From Chiloscyllium plagiosum (lineage: Eukaryota): a DNA stretch of 64,000 nucleotides. Both the position numbers and the translations under genes were made by a program. Location of the stretch: positions 15,308,537 through 15,372,536 of the forward strand of contig NC_057750.1 of NCBI RefSeq assembly GCF_004010195.1. The letters are read 5' to 3'. This document shows, one piece after another, positions 50,194-64,000 of the stretch. The notes beneath the pieces were generated by a model that did not search any database, was not told the origin of the DNA, and worked only from the letters and a program-made list of their open reading frames with translations. The first letter of the stretch is position 1. Each line of letters opens with the position of its first letter.

Positions 50194-50489
50194 GTTTTAC
50201 AGACGCCAGTGCTGAACTGAGGTGTACAAAGTTAAAAATCACAACACCAGGTTACAGTCCAACAGGTGTATTTGGAAGCACTAGCTTTTGGAGCGCTGCT
50301 CCTTCATCAAGTGGTTGTGGAGAATAAGATTGTAAGAGACAGAATTTATAGCAAACGTTTACAGTGTGATGCAACTGAAATTATATATTGAAAAACACCT
50401 GGATTGTTTGTCCAGGTCTTTTTCAATATATAATTTCAGTTGCGTCACACTGTAAACTTGTACTATAAATTCTGTGTCTTACAATCTTA
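50194..50489. mobile_element. Penelope-derived fold-back insertion with TSD
   Basis: Arms about 50318-50403 and 50411-50496, 7-nt loop. TSD ttttccagtcaa at 50182-50193 and 50490-50501. Mutated hammerhead motif on the minus strand at about 50279-50313. Confidence 0.85.
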
Positions 50490-52159
50490 TTTTCCAGTCA
50501 AAAGCAAATACAGTAAAAGATGTTCGGGGAAGTCTATAAACTGAGCTTAGGTGGATATGGTACTGAAGAGAATAGTTATCAAAGTTTCTGGTAGTATTTA
50601 TACAACCGTGGAAACCTGGAAGAGGCAGAGGAAATAAGTGGTCATTTAACAAAGCCTGCAGTTTCTCTTTGATCTCTTGCATTCACCTCCTTTGTCAAAG
50701 GAGCTGCATTGGTCAGGTTTACTACTCAATAGTAATCTGCTTCCTGAAGCAGGGCGACAAACAGGATTCAGGAGGCCATTGAAGGACTGCAGATCATGTT
50801 TACCCCTTGGGCTCAATGCACAGGAGAACATCTGACATGAAATACAAATGTACATTGTAAATACAGTCAACAAAAATATGGAAACATCATCTTATTGCTC
50901 CCTTTCTTGTTATACACCAACCTATTCACATATAGAACTAGATTTTTGTTCCTTTAGCATAAAATCCATAACAGCGCAGGGAGTCCTTACACCCAAATGA
51001 CTACAATGGCTCAAGGCAGCAGTTTACCACCACCTCCTGTAGGGCAATTAGGGATGGGCAATACTTTGCTAAGCTAGGGTCACCCACATCCATTCAGAGG
51101 AACCTTGCATTTTGTATCAAAAGGAACAATCTCGAGTGAACTTTGGCATGTTTTATAATTCAATTTTACAAATTTATGGATAAAGTACATATTCAGGATG
51201 AAGCAGTATCCTCCTCACCTTGGCTGAAACTGCCAAACTTAACCCCTACACGCCTTCCTTCCCCTGAATAAGTGCCAGTGAAGCAGAAATAGGATCACAG
51301 TCCTCACCTTGGAACTTTTGCACTTGTCACCAGGCTGCCCAGAGAGTTATTTTTAAAACATGCAAGCTCAAGAAAGCTAGCTGCTGCAGTGCGATTCACA
51401 TAAATCCTTTCACAACAATGCAAAAGAAACAGCTACAAACAGGAGACCGAAGGCATTCCAAGGGTCTGCCTGTGCAGAGTGCACATTCACATTTGTACAG
51501 TCTCCTGCCACTTGTACTCAGAATGCTTCCTTAGCCGACCTCCAACTGCAAAACATTAAGCATGTTACAGCAAACCAACAGCTCCTGATAGCACTTTAGG
51601 CCATTTCACCAAGGAACAGATTAACTTCCTGCCAAACCATCAGCAGCATGGCAAGGGACGACGACAGGATAATCAAGGCACTTGGCTCTAACAGAAAAAC
51701 AAGAGGATTTGAGCAATCAGAAAGGACTGTTCGAATCCAAAGCCATGCCCTAACAATCTTGGTTTTAATGCCTCCCCTTCCCCACAACTCACATTCAATA
51801 CCTTCCTCTTCACAACATTCTCACTGCATCCCACTTCTTCCTAAAACCCACCCTTCTTTCAATTCCAGTAAGGGGTTCCTTTCAACCCCATGCACACTTC
51901 AGTATTTCTCATGGGTCTCCTCATCCATGACCATCAAATTCAAGTGAAGTGGTTTCATCAGACTGCTCCCTCACCCCCAAACCTGTCACAATTTAGCTCC
52001 ATCAACAGTCAATTCCTGGCTAAGTCGTAAAAGCTTCAAAGCCTTCCTCCTTGTTGAAATTCTCAAAGTGGTTACTTGCCCAGTTGACATTTCATCCACC
52101 AATACAAAAAGTGCAAGCATCAGCCAGTAAGTAAGACCACGACTTTTATGGGTTACTAT

Positions 52160-52865
52160 GGAAATTGGGAGAGGGGTGTGCAGCGGGACCTGGGTGCACC
52201 AGTTGCTGAAGGTAACCATTCAGGTGCAGCAGGTGGTAAAGGCGGCAAATGCCATGTTGGCTTTCGTTACAAGAGGCATCAAGTACAGGAGCAGGGATGT
52301 GTTGTTGCAGTTATACAGGGCCTTGGTGAGGCCATACCTGCAATATAGTGTGCAGTTTCAGTATTCTTTTCTGAGGAAAGGATGGTAATGCTCTCGAGGG
52401 AGTACAGCAAAGGTTTGCCAGACTGATTCTAGGGATGGTGGGACTGCTCTATTAGGAGAGATTGACTAGATCAGGATTGTTTTCACAATGTGGAGTTCAG
52501 ACGAATGAGGGAGGGGATCTCATAGAAATTTAATATTCTAACAGACTAGATGCAGGGAGGATGTTTCCGATGGTGAGTGCGTCCAGAACCATAGTCTGAG
52601 GATTCAGGGTGGATCATTTAGGATGGAGATGAGAAGACATTTTTTCACCCATAGAATGGTGATCCTGTGGAATTCATTACCATGGGAAGTAGTTGATGCC
52701 AAAACATTGAATGTACTGAAGCGGTGGCTAGATAAAGCACTTCGGGCAAATGGGATCAAAGGTTACGGGGAGAAAGCAGGATTAGGCTACTGAGTTGGAC
52801 AATCAGCCATGATGGTGATGAATGGCAGAGTAGGCTTGAAGGGCCTCCTCCTACCTTCTATGTTT
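52160..52865 (+). mobile_element. CR1/L2-type LINE 3' fragment
   Basis: QVQQVVKAANAMLAFVTRGIKYRSRDVLLQLYRALVRPYLQYSVQF (ORF 52158..52388) plus 3' UTR. Confidence 0.88.
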
Positions 52866-54729
52866 CTTTGTAATAGACAGCTGAACATACAGCCCAGCAA
52901 GGCTCATTCGTCATGATCACAAAGACAGTCACCTCTTGGGACAGGTGAATACCAAGTGGTCGAAACAATGGTTTATGAAGGGGCCTAGAAAGCCAGTTAT
53001 AAATGCATTGATAAATGTTTTATAGTCTAAAAGATTCATCATATATTGGGTTTAATTGCTTCCAAATAGTATGCTCAATGGTTGAAAGTTTGACTGCCAT
53101 GAACCACCACAGCATAGTCCACAATCAGGATAAGGGTAACAAGCTCAGCTGCTTAATGTTATTGAATATGCACAAGAATTTGACAGCTCAAAAACTTCCA
53201 TTTTGCTGAGTTCAACTTTATCACACACTATGGAAGGATTTGAACCCAGAACCCAGCTGGTAAAATACTGCACCACCAATACTTACTGAAGCAGAGAAGG
53301 TTAGTAGGAGAGTTAACAGAACTTTTTCCTCAATAGAAAAAGGATATCGACAGACCAATCAGGGACAACTGCCTCTACTTAGGGAATCAGGAATGATGAG
53401 TCATCACCTTAGAACAGCTGCTGACACCAAGAAAAACGTGACGCAAAACACCTTTGCTCAGATATACTAAAGTGCAGGCTACTGGGTGAGGTAGTGACCA
53501 CTGCATCTTACGCAAGAGATTGGAATCAGCACATGGAACAGCAGGGTTAAAATCAGAAGGTACCACAGTCAGAGGAACTTTAAATTTGCAATTGCAAACA
53601 AGGTGTCACAGGTAGAATGGCGTAATTGAATCCCCATAACATTTGCTGTAAACATTTGGTCCTTAACCTGGAGGCTCTAAGTGCAACAGTATCTTCAAGG
53701 AGACAAACTTTATTCATTCATTCACAGGATGTGGCCATTGCTGACTCATCCACCCCTAACTCCCACTGACTGAGTAGCTTGAACAATACCACAAAGTCAC
53801 ATATTGGCGAGACCAAATAATGAAGGCAGAATTTCCTCCCTGTAGGGTATTAATTAACCAATTTTTTTTTTAAACAATACAGTAGTTACAAGGTCCCCAT
53901 TACTGAGACTAGCTTTTTATTTTAGCTTTAATTGAAGTTAAATTCTTCATTGATGGAATTTGAACTCATGTCTTTGATCATTGGTCCAGGCCCCTGGATT
54001 AAAAAAAATCTAACAATATGACATAATGTTACCATTCCATTAAGGCACGTGTAGCAGAATTCAGCATTTATACCTAATATAGCCAAACATGCCAATATCA
54101 TCTCTCCCATACATATCACTGATGCAAGAACATAATGAATTCTCAACCTCTTACTGCTTTATTTATCCATTCTTAGTTAGAGACAAAAAAACTGGAAACC
54201 AAAGTAGACAGGCAGGAGGCTTGAAGAGCACAGCAAGGCAAGCAGCATCAGGAGGTGGAGAGGTCCGACATTTCAGGTGTAAGACTTCTTCAGGAATGGG
54301 GGAGAGGATGGTAAGGGGGAGTCACACAAAAAGCCAGGGGTGGGGTGAGTGGAGAGACGGGCGGAGTGGTGGGGTGGTGATAGGTCTCCTGGTAGGTCGA
54401 CAGGAGGAATGAATCCAGTTGGTAGCTGGAAGGAGGGGTCAGTTGGAGGGATGGAAGGAAGGAGGCAGGCTGGAAAGGGAATTTATTTATCCATTCGTTG
54501 GATATGGACATTGCTGGCTAACGTCCATCACACAGCTAAGAGTTAATCATAAAAAACATTAGTGAACCAGACCAGTTTTTACACAGTCAAAAAGAAACCA
54601 TGCAACCCATTATTATGTTTTTTTTATTTTAGATTTTTTTAAATTCAAATTTTCCCATTTGCCATCATGGAATTTATGTTAGAAGATTAGCTGGGGATTC
54701 TGAATTAATCAGAGAATCCCTATAATGCG

Positions 54730-54975
54730 GATGTAGGCTATTCAGCTCATCGAGCCCACAACAACCTTCTGAAGAGCATTCCACCCAGACCCAACTCACT
54801 ATCCTATTCCTTTGCCACGACTAATGCATCCAGCCTACACGTCCCTGGACACTATGGACAACTAAACCAGTCCCATCTGTGGATTGTTGGAGGAATCACA
54901 GACAGACAGTCACCCAAGGGTGAAATCGAATCTGGGTTCCTGGCGCTGTGAGGCAATAGTGCTAACCACTGAGTC
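54730..54975 (-). mobile_element. Degraded V-SINE-like SINE
   Basis: Ends in ggcgctgtgaggcaatagtgctaaccactgag, the reverse complement of the SINE tRNA-like head. Confidence 0.7.
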
Positions 54976-56062
54976 ACTATTGGTAACATTACCACAAGGA
55001 CATCACCTCCACCTAACCTATGACCAGCAGCTTAACTGCAAATACATCTGACAAAGGTAGTACCAAAATAAACAAACTGAATGACACCCCATAGTGCATT
55101 GAAAATGAAGTATTTTTGAAAAACCTTTCACTTTTGTAATGTAGCAAATGCACTGGAGAGTGAAACATAGCAATAAGAGTGTCGTCCCATTTCCCATCAG
55201 TTGAAGTAAACACTCAAGACACAGTATGGCTCTACCTTCATCTTTATTCCGAGCCCTGGAGAAAGAATGATCACCCATGTACACAAGTTCTCAGTCTTCC
55301 CTCGAATAGCAGATTCTTAAGGAATTATGTAGTCTTTTACAGGGAGCAGCATTCAAATAAGGCAACATTTATATTGATTGGGTGACCTTTGCATCAACAG
55401 TAAAGATTAAGGCATCTGGCATTACACGATAGATGTTCCTCACCTCGTTAACCGGTATTATACAATGGATGTTCTTCACCTCGTTAAATGACCACTTTTG
55501 CCTCTAGCACTTCATTGTTTACTACAAGTTCTTATCTGGTCAAAGTCATGCAAGCTAAGCCTTGGTCATCAACCCTTAACTTAACTCTTTCCCTGCCTGC
55601 TCATACCTTATACACTTTCTCAAGACCAAACAATAATAATTAACAGGTAACCTAACAGAAGGACTGAGGAACAGATAATGGCCAGGAGACGAGCAGAACA
55701 ACCCTGTTTTGCTTTACTGTGCCATGGGTTCTTTCACATTTACCAAATGGGGTGGCCAAGGCATTGATTTAATGTCTCATCTGAAGGACAGTACCGCAGT
55801 TCTGAAATTGATTTTGCTTAGGTGTTTATTCTTTGTAGGAGGACTTGAGGGGAGAACAGAATCAAGGTTGACAACTAGTGACAATAACAAATAGGGATTC
55901 TAAGGAGAAACAGAGCAACATGGAGGGAGCAGTTCAGAACATATGATGGGCAATACTGTTGGTGCACTGTCGTTGAGTGGCCCCACAGCCCTAGAGATGA
56001 CATAGGAGGCGTCCACCAGACTCCTGCACCCTTGTTCATTGTGCCAGGCCTTTTTGCTTCCC

Positions 56063-56350
56063 ACCTCAAATTTAATGAAACTGCTTCGACTATTCACTTG
56101 TCTTGTTCATGGCTTCTTTGTCTCATTCAACTATTGCATAACTTCACAATCTCGTGTTCACACCAAATCATATCACAACTCATTCTTAACCCATTTGCCT
56201 TGCAAAACCTCAAATTTAATGAAACTGCTTCGACTATTCACTTGTCTTGTTCATGGCTTCTTTGTCTCATTCAACTATTGCATAACTTCACAATCTCATG
56301 TTCACACCAAATCATATCACAGCTCATTCTTAACCCATTTGCCTTGCAAA
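56063..56350 (+). repeat. 144-bp tandem duplication (2 copies, 2 mismatches seen)
   Basis: 56063-56206 vs 56207-56350. Explains the internally repeated ORFs 56032..56565 and 56039..56419. Confidence 0.95.
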
Positions 56351-56899
56351 GTCCATCTGACATATCTCCCCTACCACCATCTCAATCCTCCCGCTTGCAA
56401 AATCTCTCTGATCAAATAAAGAATTATGTCTGGAAAATGACCTTCTCCCCAGATACTACGCTCAGCCTGTTCAGGATGTGCAGCATCTTCAACACCATGA
56501 CATGCCAGTATCACAGCAGGCAGTTGCCTATATCTTTTCAAGTCAAACCATGCTCTTTCCCATGAGGCCTTTTTTTAATCTTCAGTATATAAATCGGGGA
56601 GTTGCGTAAATATAGGAGGACCCCATGAGAAGTCCCCCAAAAGGTGTAAGTGGACCTCCAACATCAGACAGAGAGCTTCCAAAGCTCAGTGCATCAACAC
56701 TGTCTGGGAAGAAATGAAGGCCATTCAGTTCAGGCAGCAGAAACAACTATTTTCATTTACCAAGAAACAGAGACTTGATACAAAGAGAAGTGCAATAAGA
56801 TGATCTTGCAGAAGGCAAAGTCTGTTAATATCCTGGCAGGCAATGTTTTAGTCACGGCATTAAAACAATGAAACTCACATGCGCACGCTAACTACAGAT

Positions 56900-59800
56900 T
56901 TAAGTGCAACTTGAAATGCAAAGACTGTAAAATTAGGTGAAGACAGACAAGACTGAGGAGGGAAAAGGCAGATTATGCAAGAGAGCTAGCTAGAAATATA
57001 AAAGAGTTGCTGTAGATATTCATAAAAGAAAAAAGTTAAAGTGAGCATTAATCCTACTGAAAGTGAATCTGTGGAATTAACAGAAAGTAAGCATATGACA
57101 GAGTAATTGAACGAATATTTCACATTGGCCTTCACAGTACAGTATACAAGTATCATTCTAGAAAAAAAAAATCAGAAATGGAAGGATGAGAGGAATTCAA
57201 GAAAATTATGATAAGATAAATGGTATTTAGTAAATTATTATCGAGCTGTGGGCTGACGAGTCTTAGGTCTTGATGGACTTCATTGCAGAATGTTAAAAGT
57301 GCCTATCAAGAGAATTTATACTTTGGCTTCCGTTTTACAGAACTCTGCAGATTTGGGGAAAGTTCCTTTTGATTGGAAATTAATGAATCAGTTTTTCAAA
57401 AATTGAGACAGAAAACAGGAAACTACAGGCCTAACATCTGTCATAGTGAAGATGTAGACTTTGAAGCTATTAAAGAGATCGTGACAGAGAAAAGTTTAAG
57501 TTAATCAGGCAGAAACAACATGGTTTTGTTAAAGGAAAATCATGCCTCACAAGTTTATTGGAGTTCTTTGACAAGTTAACACTTGTTCTGCATAAAGAGG
57601 AACTGGCAGATGTATGTAATTAGATTTCCAAAAAACATTTAATTAGGTACCAAATTAAAGTTTTGCAGAAAATTGTGGCATGGGGGGGAACGTATTGAGA
57701 CCTTAAGACATGGAGGCAGAAATTAAGCCATTCAGCCCAGCGAATCTGCTCCACCATTCAATCATGGCTGATAGGTTTCTCAACCCCATTCTCCTGCTTT
57801 CTCCCTTTAACCCTTGACAATCAAGAACCTATCTATCTCAATCTTTGTGTTGCAATTAATTCCATAGATTCACCACTGTGGCTGAAGTTTCTCCTGATCT
57901 CAGTTCTAAAAGATCTTCCCTTTTCTTTAAGGCTGTGCCCTTGGGACATAGACTCTCCTACCAATGGAGGCATCTTCCCAATACCCACTCTATCCAAGCC
58001 AATCAGTATTCCTCAAGTTTCAATTAGGTCCGCCCACATCCTTCTAACCTCCATCGAGTATAGACCCAGAAACCTCAAACATTCCTCATATGTTAAGCTT
58101 TTCATTCCTGGGACCATTCTCATGAACCTCCTCTGAACACGCTTCAAGGCCAGCAAATCCTTCTTGAGACATGGGGCCCAAAATTGCACACAATACTCCA
58201 AACGTGGTCTGACCAGAGACTTATAGATCCTCAGAAGAACATCCCTGCTTTTGTATTCAAGTCCTCTCAAAATAGATGCCAACATTGCATCTGCCTTCCT
58301 AACCACTGACTCAACCTGCAAGTTTACCTTGAGAGAATGCTGGACTAGAAATCCAAAGGCTCTTTGCACTTCAGATTTCTGAATTTTCTGCCCATTTCAA
58401 AAATAGTCTATGCCCGCATTCTTCCTACCAAAGTACATGACCTCACTTTGCAATGTTGTACTCCACCTGCCACTTCTTTGCCCACTCTCCTAACCTGCCC
58501 AAATCCTTCTGCAGCCTTCCCCACCTCCTCAATGTACCTGTCCCTCTACCTATCTTTGGATCATCTACAAACTTCGTCAGAATGCCCTCAGTTCCTTCAT
58601 CTAGATCGTTAATGTATAAAGTAAAAGGTTGTGGACCCAACAGAGCCTTGTGGAACAATACTTGTCACTGGTTGCCATCCCGAGGAAGACCCTTTTATCC
58701 CCACTCTCTGCTTTCTGCCAGACAACCAAGCTTCTCATATACCCATCCAGATGCCTTTTAAATGTTGCAATTGTACTAGTCTTCACCACTTCCTCTGGCA
58801 GTTCATTCCACATATGCATCGCCCTCTGCGTGAAAAAGTTGCCCCTTAGGTCTCTTTTATATCTTTCCCCTCTCACCCTAAACCTATGCCCTATAGTTCT
58901 GGACTCCTCCACCCCAGGGAAAAGACCCTAACCAATGTCCTGTACAGCTGCAACATGACCTCCCGACTCCTGTACTCAATACTCTGACCAATAAAGGAAA
59001 GCGTACCAAACTCCTTCTTCACTATCCTATCTACCTACGACTCCACATTCAAGGAGCCATGAACCTGCACTCCAAGGTCTCTTTGTTCAGCAACACTCCC
59101 TAGGACCTTACCATTAAGCGTATAAGTCCTGCTAAGATTTGCTTTCCCAAAATGCAGCACCCCGCATTTATCGAAATTAAACTCCAATTGCCACTTCTCA
59201 GCCCATTGACCCATCTGATCCAGATACCATTGCAATCCGAGGTAACCTTCTTTGCTGTCCACTACTCCTCCAATTTTGGTGTCATCTACATACTTACTAA
59301 CTATACATCACTTCACCCTAGCTTGTAATTACTGTTTGGAGGCCTTCTACATAACTCAAACTACAGACTTTTAACCATTGCAGTTCCTCAACTCTACCCA
59401 CACAGATTGTACATCATCTGACCCTACTTTGTTTCTTACTACTGACTGAATTTCATTTCTTGCCAGTAAAGCAATCCTACCCCACTCTGCCCAACTGCCT
59501 ATCTTTTCGATAGGATATGTATCCTTGCATATGCAGCTCCCAGAGCTGACCATCTTGCAGCCACTCTGATGCCCACCATGTCATATCTGCCAATTTCGAT
59601 CTATGCCACAAGCTCATTTACCTTATTCTTTATACTGCATGCATTCAGATAGAACACCTTCAGTCTTGGCATGGATATAATATTGGCGAGCTAACAGGAA
59701 GCAAAGTAGAAGGTGGTCATTTTCTGTTGGCAATAAAAGTACTAGTGGTAAGTACTAGTGGTAAGTACTAGGGCCTTCACATTTTACAATGTATATAAAA

Positions 59801-60430
59801 TGACATACGTGAAGGGAGTAATGTATGGTTGCTAAATTTGCCAATGACACAAAGATAGGCAGGAAAGAAAGCGGTGAAGAGGACATGAGATGGCTTCAAA
59901 GGCGTATAGATAGGTTAATGACATGAATAAAGGTCTGGCAAATCAAACACAATCTGCGTAAATGTGGAAGATCCATGATGACAAAGGCGTATGGTGAGAA
60001 ATAAGATGGACGAGACGCAGAGGTGTCGGTATATGCGAGCAATTCAAAAAGTAAATGTACCATTGCTTAAATTTGTTATTAGTTAAGAAACACTGATGAT
60101 TTAGCAGCAGAGGATAAAGGAGAAGAGTAACAAGAGTGATGTGTCAGTGGGTGAAAACATGTTCAGTGGTATACAAAAGCACCTCTGGACACAAGAGATC
60201 ATTGCTTATTCAAAAATCTTCTCAAAGGGTTGTAAGCAATTGGAATTTTCCTTCAAAAGTTAGAAACAGAGTATTTGACCATTTTTAAGTAAAGACAGAT
60301 GAACTTTTGATAAGGAAGGGGAGGGGGGGGTGAAAGGTTGTGTGTCAGTGGGAATATGGAGTCAGATCAACCATTAATTTACTGAATGACAACTTGGGTT
60401 TGAGGCGCTGAGCGGCCTACTTCTGCTGCA
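56900..60430. mobile_element. Nested CR1-type LINE cluster: old plus-strand copy interrupted by younger minus-strand fragments (about 57698-59660)
   Basis: Plus: NYRP.., QHGFVKGKSCLTSLLEFFD, then after 59680 KFANDTKIG. Minus: ORFs 58013..58369, 58443..58658 (LYINDLD..KFVDDPKIG), 59035..59262 and the endonuclease-like 59371..59553. Confidence 0.8.
59737..59771 (+). repeat. 13-bp micro-tandem (aagtactagtggt) x about 2.7
   Basis: Seen directly, inside the LINE remnant. Confidence 0.8.
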
Positions 60431-63400
60431 AATTCAAATGTTGGGAATGGGGAAGTGCAGCCATGAATTACCACTAGCGCATTGAAAGCCAGTGTGTTTT
60501 AGAGAGCAAAACTAGTCTCAGGAGAAAGGTTCAATATATTAGCTTACAGGTGGGGACGAAAAGAAGAATGTCAGCTGCCATTGCTACTGCTGCTGGACAA
60601 TGCATGCAAGGGAATATTCAACAGGGGCAAAACTGGACTAAGCTATAATATCAATCAAATTTCCTGCTTTCAATTTCACTTAGCTCACATAAAGAGCAGG
60701 TTTTTGGTAAAATAGCAGAGGACAGGCAATTCAGATGGGCTGCAGCACAACAGAAGAAAATCTTTTCCACTGTCCTGTGGGGGAGGAGGAAACCTTCCTT
60801 CCAATTTTGGACTTGTTGGTCCTGAAGTGCCTAAACCGACCAACGCTGGATCAGCACAGCCTGCCACAGGTAGAGACAACACTGGGCATTTGCTGAAGTG
60901 GGGAGTGGAGCAACTTTTTGTTTTAAAGCACAGAAAATGGTTGTTATATAGAATGAACTAGAACGTGGTGGAAGCAGGTACAGTTATAACATTTAAAAGA
61001 CATTTTAATAAGTTCCAAAAGGTTTGGAGGGATATGGGCCAAGTTCAGGTGAGTCAAGCGAGTTTAGTTTGGGAACATGTTGTATGACTCTATGGCATGA
61101 TCAGATTTTCACACAATCCCTGAATTGGTGGTGCTTGGCTTTCACTTGAGCCTGACAGAGAAATGGAATTCTGGTTACCTTGGGCTAGGTTTCCTCTAAC
61201 GTTGCCAGACCTCCAAGATCGGTCTGTAGCAGCAACTTCCGGGTTCTACAAGTCATTGCATCCACATGCTGGTCAGCATGCACAGACACTCAGTGGCTGC
61301 ACAGCAGTACAGCAGAAAAAGGAAACATTTTTTCTTTATGATACTTCTGAAGCAAACTGTTCAGGGAGATTATTACACACCTCAGCAGGAGAGTTTGAAT
61401 CCAGGTTGCCTGGCTCAGAGGTTGGGACACTCCCATGCACCACAGAGCCCCTGAGTATTGATTTTGGGTTCAAGATTCCCATAAATCTATGCGGATATCG
61501 CTTTTCTTTTTTAAAAACGGGAGGTGATTGTTGGAGGCCCATGATCAGGATGATAGAGAGTATGCTCCTGAGAAGCAAATGAGAGATCTATTGAACTAGA
61601 TTACCTTGGAATCAAGAGCTGTTAGTCCCAGACCAGAAGTGTTGGGATAAAACCCTGAAAAGGTTACTGAAAGTGGAGTGCAGTGAAGCTCAGGTGCATG
61701 GCAGCTCCAGGAAGAAGCTACTGCAGTTCCAATCTCCAAGCTGAAATCAGAAGTGACTTGAACCTGAGTTAGGTACAGGGACTCTGGTGAGAGTATTATA
61801 CAAATGGTATTTAGCTAACAAAAAACAGCATTTTTGTTTCTTCCTGATTTATAAAGTAGTAATATTTTGGGATTAAATGGTTTAAAATATTTGACCTTGT
61901 ATTTTAAGTAATTTGGACTATTTAATTTTATCTTTGCTGTTTTTAATAACTTCCACTTTACTGTTAAAGCAAAACCTGCAGCATTGGGTGCTTACGTTTC
62001 AGCAATAGACCACTTCATTAAAACCAAAACAAATGAAATATGGTCTATCCATACAGGTTCCAGACTAGAATCTGACTTGTCTGGCAATAACATCAGCTGG
62101 CATCAGAGATTGCATATATGACAACAATTCAAAAAGTAATTCATTGGCTAGGAAAGATTGTGGACATCCTGAAGGATGAGAAAAACAAGATACAAATGTC
62201 AATCTTGAACTGTCAGAACTTCAAGATCGGATTTCAGAAATACCACTTTATATCGCATCTTCAGTGTAGGGACATCTGACCATTATGGGACAGACAAAAG
62301 ACAATGTGTTGGCTTGAGTGGCAGTGCATCTCAGTACAAATAACATCCACTGCCATGTCCATGAACGTATCCATGCCAGTTCAATACCGTAATTGCCACA
62401 AGTTACTGAAGAATATTATCCAGGATGTAATGACAGTGCACAACTTCTTGGAGCACAATAAAACATGCACTTATCAAACATCACAAATCCCTCGTCAACT
62501 TGAATGAACAAACATGGCATAACTTTTAAGCCTATTACATTGCCAAGCAACACCAATTAAAAATCGCGTCCAACAAACAAGAGAAATTACAATCCACTCT
62601 CAAGTAGGCTCACCACATAACTAAATTCTCTGGTTGTTTTCAGTTTCAATTACATTACAAATTATTTGATTGGGAAATGTATGCAAATTGCAATCAAGTC
62701 CAATATCGTCTCAAGAAGTCATTCCATTTACCCATCAGATCCCCCAAACCCTCCTTATTCCATTCTAAGAAACTCTGATAACATACTCCACAAAACCTAG
62801 TGAAGAAATTACTCCCATTTCCCTTAATACTCTGAAACTGCATATTTTTAAAATTCCTCCTCTCCCCCCTGTATAAAAGCCCTATACTAAAGCGAACAAT
62901 TTAAATTGGATTAGGCTTAATGGACCCAATGGCCCTGACAACCCGAACTGGATTGAATTTGCCTGCTGCAAAGATGAAAAGCATTATGTAGGGACACAGT
63001 GTGATTGCTGCAGATTGTGTGTCACTATTTCAGAACCCAAACCTTCTCAATATATTGTCACAGCTCACTATCACGTTGTTGCTGCAACAAACGTATTACC
63101 ACAAGTTGTCACAAGACTCTGACTGAAGTCAACTCTATCCAGCGAGCAGTATTGTTTAAAAGGACCTGTTCCCATTCCCAAAGTCAGCAGTATATGCTGA
63201 AGACTAGCACCTCTCACCACAAATTCTAACAAATTGCCATGAACATCTGGACTTGATACTGGCCAATCTCCGCCTGTCAACACATACCTACCTCCAGCTT
63301 AGATCCTATCAACCTGCCCAGGAACTACGAAATCTAACTTGAAGGCAAACTCAGCTCCCACACATTCCTAATTACAAAACATTACTTTCTTCCATTACCT

Positions 63401-64000
63401 TCTTTTTGCCATTATGTCAGTCTATTTCCACCCAGTCCTGTTTGACATCTACTCTTCCTCTCTTTAAAGAGAAACATCCTGCGTACGAGCAGCAACGTAA
63501 AAAGGCAACTTTTGTATTGTTCCAGATCAGAAAGGGTGAGCACTCAGCATTTGAAACTTACAACAGCTTCAGCAAACAGCTGTGCTAAAAATACAAAGAG
63601 CGACTGGATCAGTACTAGAAACTGACAAGAGCCATTGAACCAAACTTAGTGATTACTGCACTTCACATACTACCGACAATGAGAGATCGGATGGTGAAAG
63701 AATCACACTATCCTTGAAGTGACAAATACATTCCAGAAAACTAGCACACAATACCATCGCTTTGGCACTTGCTCCAGCAACTGCCCAAAGCTGGGAGTAT
63801 TTGATGCAGTTCTCAGTTGTTCTGCAATCTATCACTCCATCAGTGAATTAGTTCAGTGTGTTTCTGCAAATCCGAGTTGAGATTGCTGCGTTATGCAGGT
63901 AATCACACAAATCTAATGCAGACACTTGGCAGCTTCTTGGAATGTTGGATACACTTTCCCCAATATCTCCAAATCCTCACTCAGCCTCCAGAAAAAAAAG

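Noticed and set aside
56032..56565. 177-aa ORF with an internal repeat as a novel gene
   Set aside because: Explained by the 144-bp tandem duplication; antisense intronic, with no recognisable domain.
46376..64000. Search for MTA coding exon 1 (MAANMYRVG) and a CpG-island promoter
   Set aside because: Not found by eye and no CpG island is visible; intron 1 probably extends past the window end.

Overview
Eukaryotic (vertebrate) genomic DNA. The repeat content (V-SINE/HE1-like tRNA-SINEs, CR1/L2 LINEs, abundant Penelope-like elements) suggests a cartilaginous fish, probably a shark; this is inference. The window lies inside one minus-strand gene of the MTA (metastasis-associated, NuRD subunit) family. 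Nine canonical GT-AG coding exons at 46375->1925 splice into an uninterrupted BAH-ELM2-SANT reading frame. I did not find the first coding exon or the 3' exons, so they probably lie outside the window. Almost all other ORFs in the track are noise or transposon remnants. The most notable observations are: (1) a candidate 78-bp in-frame cassette exon in the BAH domain; (2) a set of Penelope-derived fold-back insertions with 12-15 bp target-site duplications that carry minimal hammerhead-ribozyme motifs, two of them about 150-170 nt from splice sites; (3) a decayed R2-clade (RLE) retrotransposon outside rDNA; (4) a duplicated intronic element with two perfectly conserved blocks around a diverged spacer; (5) a 144-bp tandem duplication. 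No prokaryote-type system (CRISPR, operon) is present.
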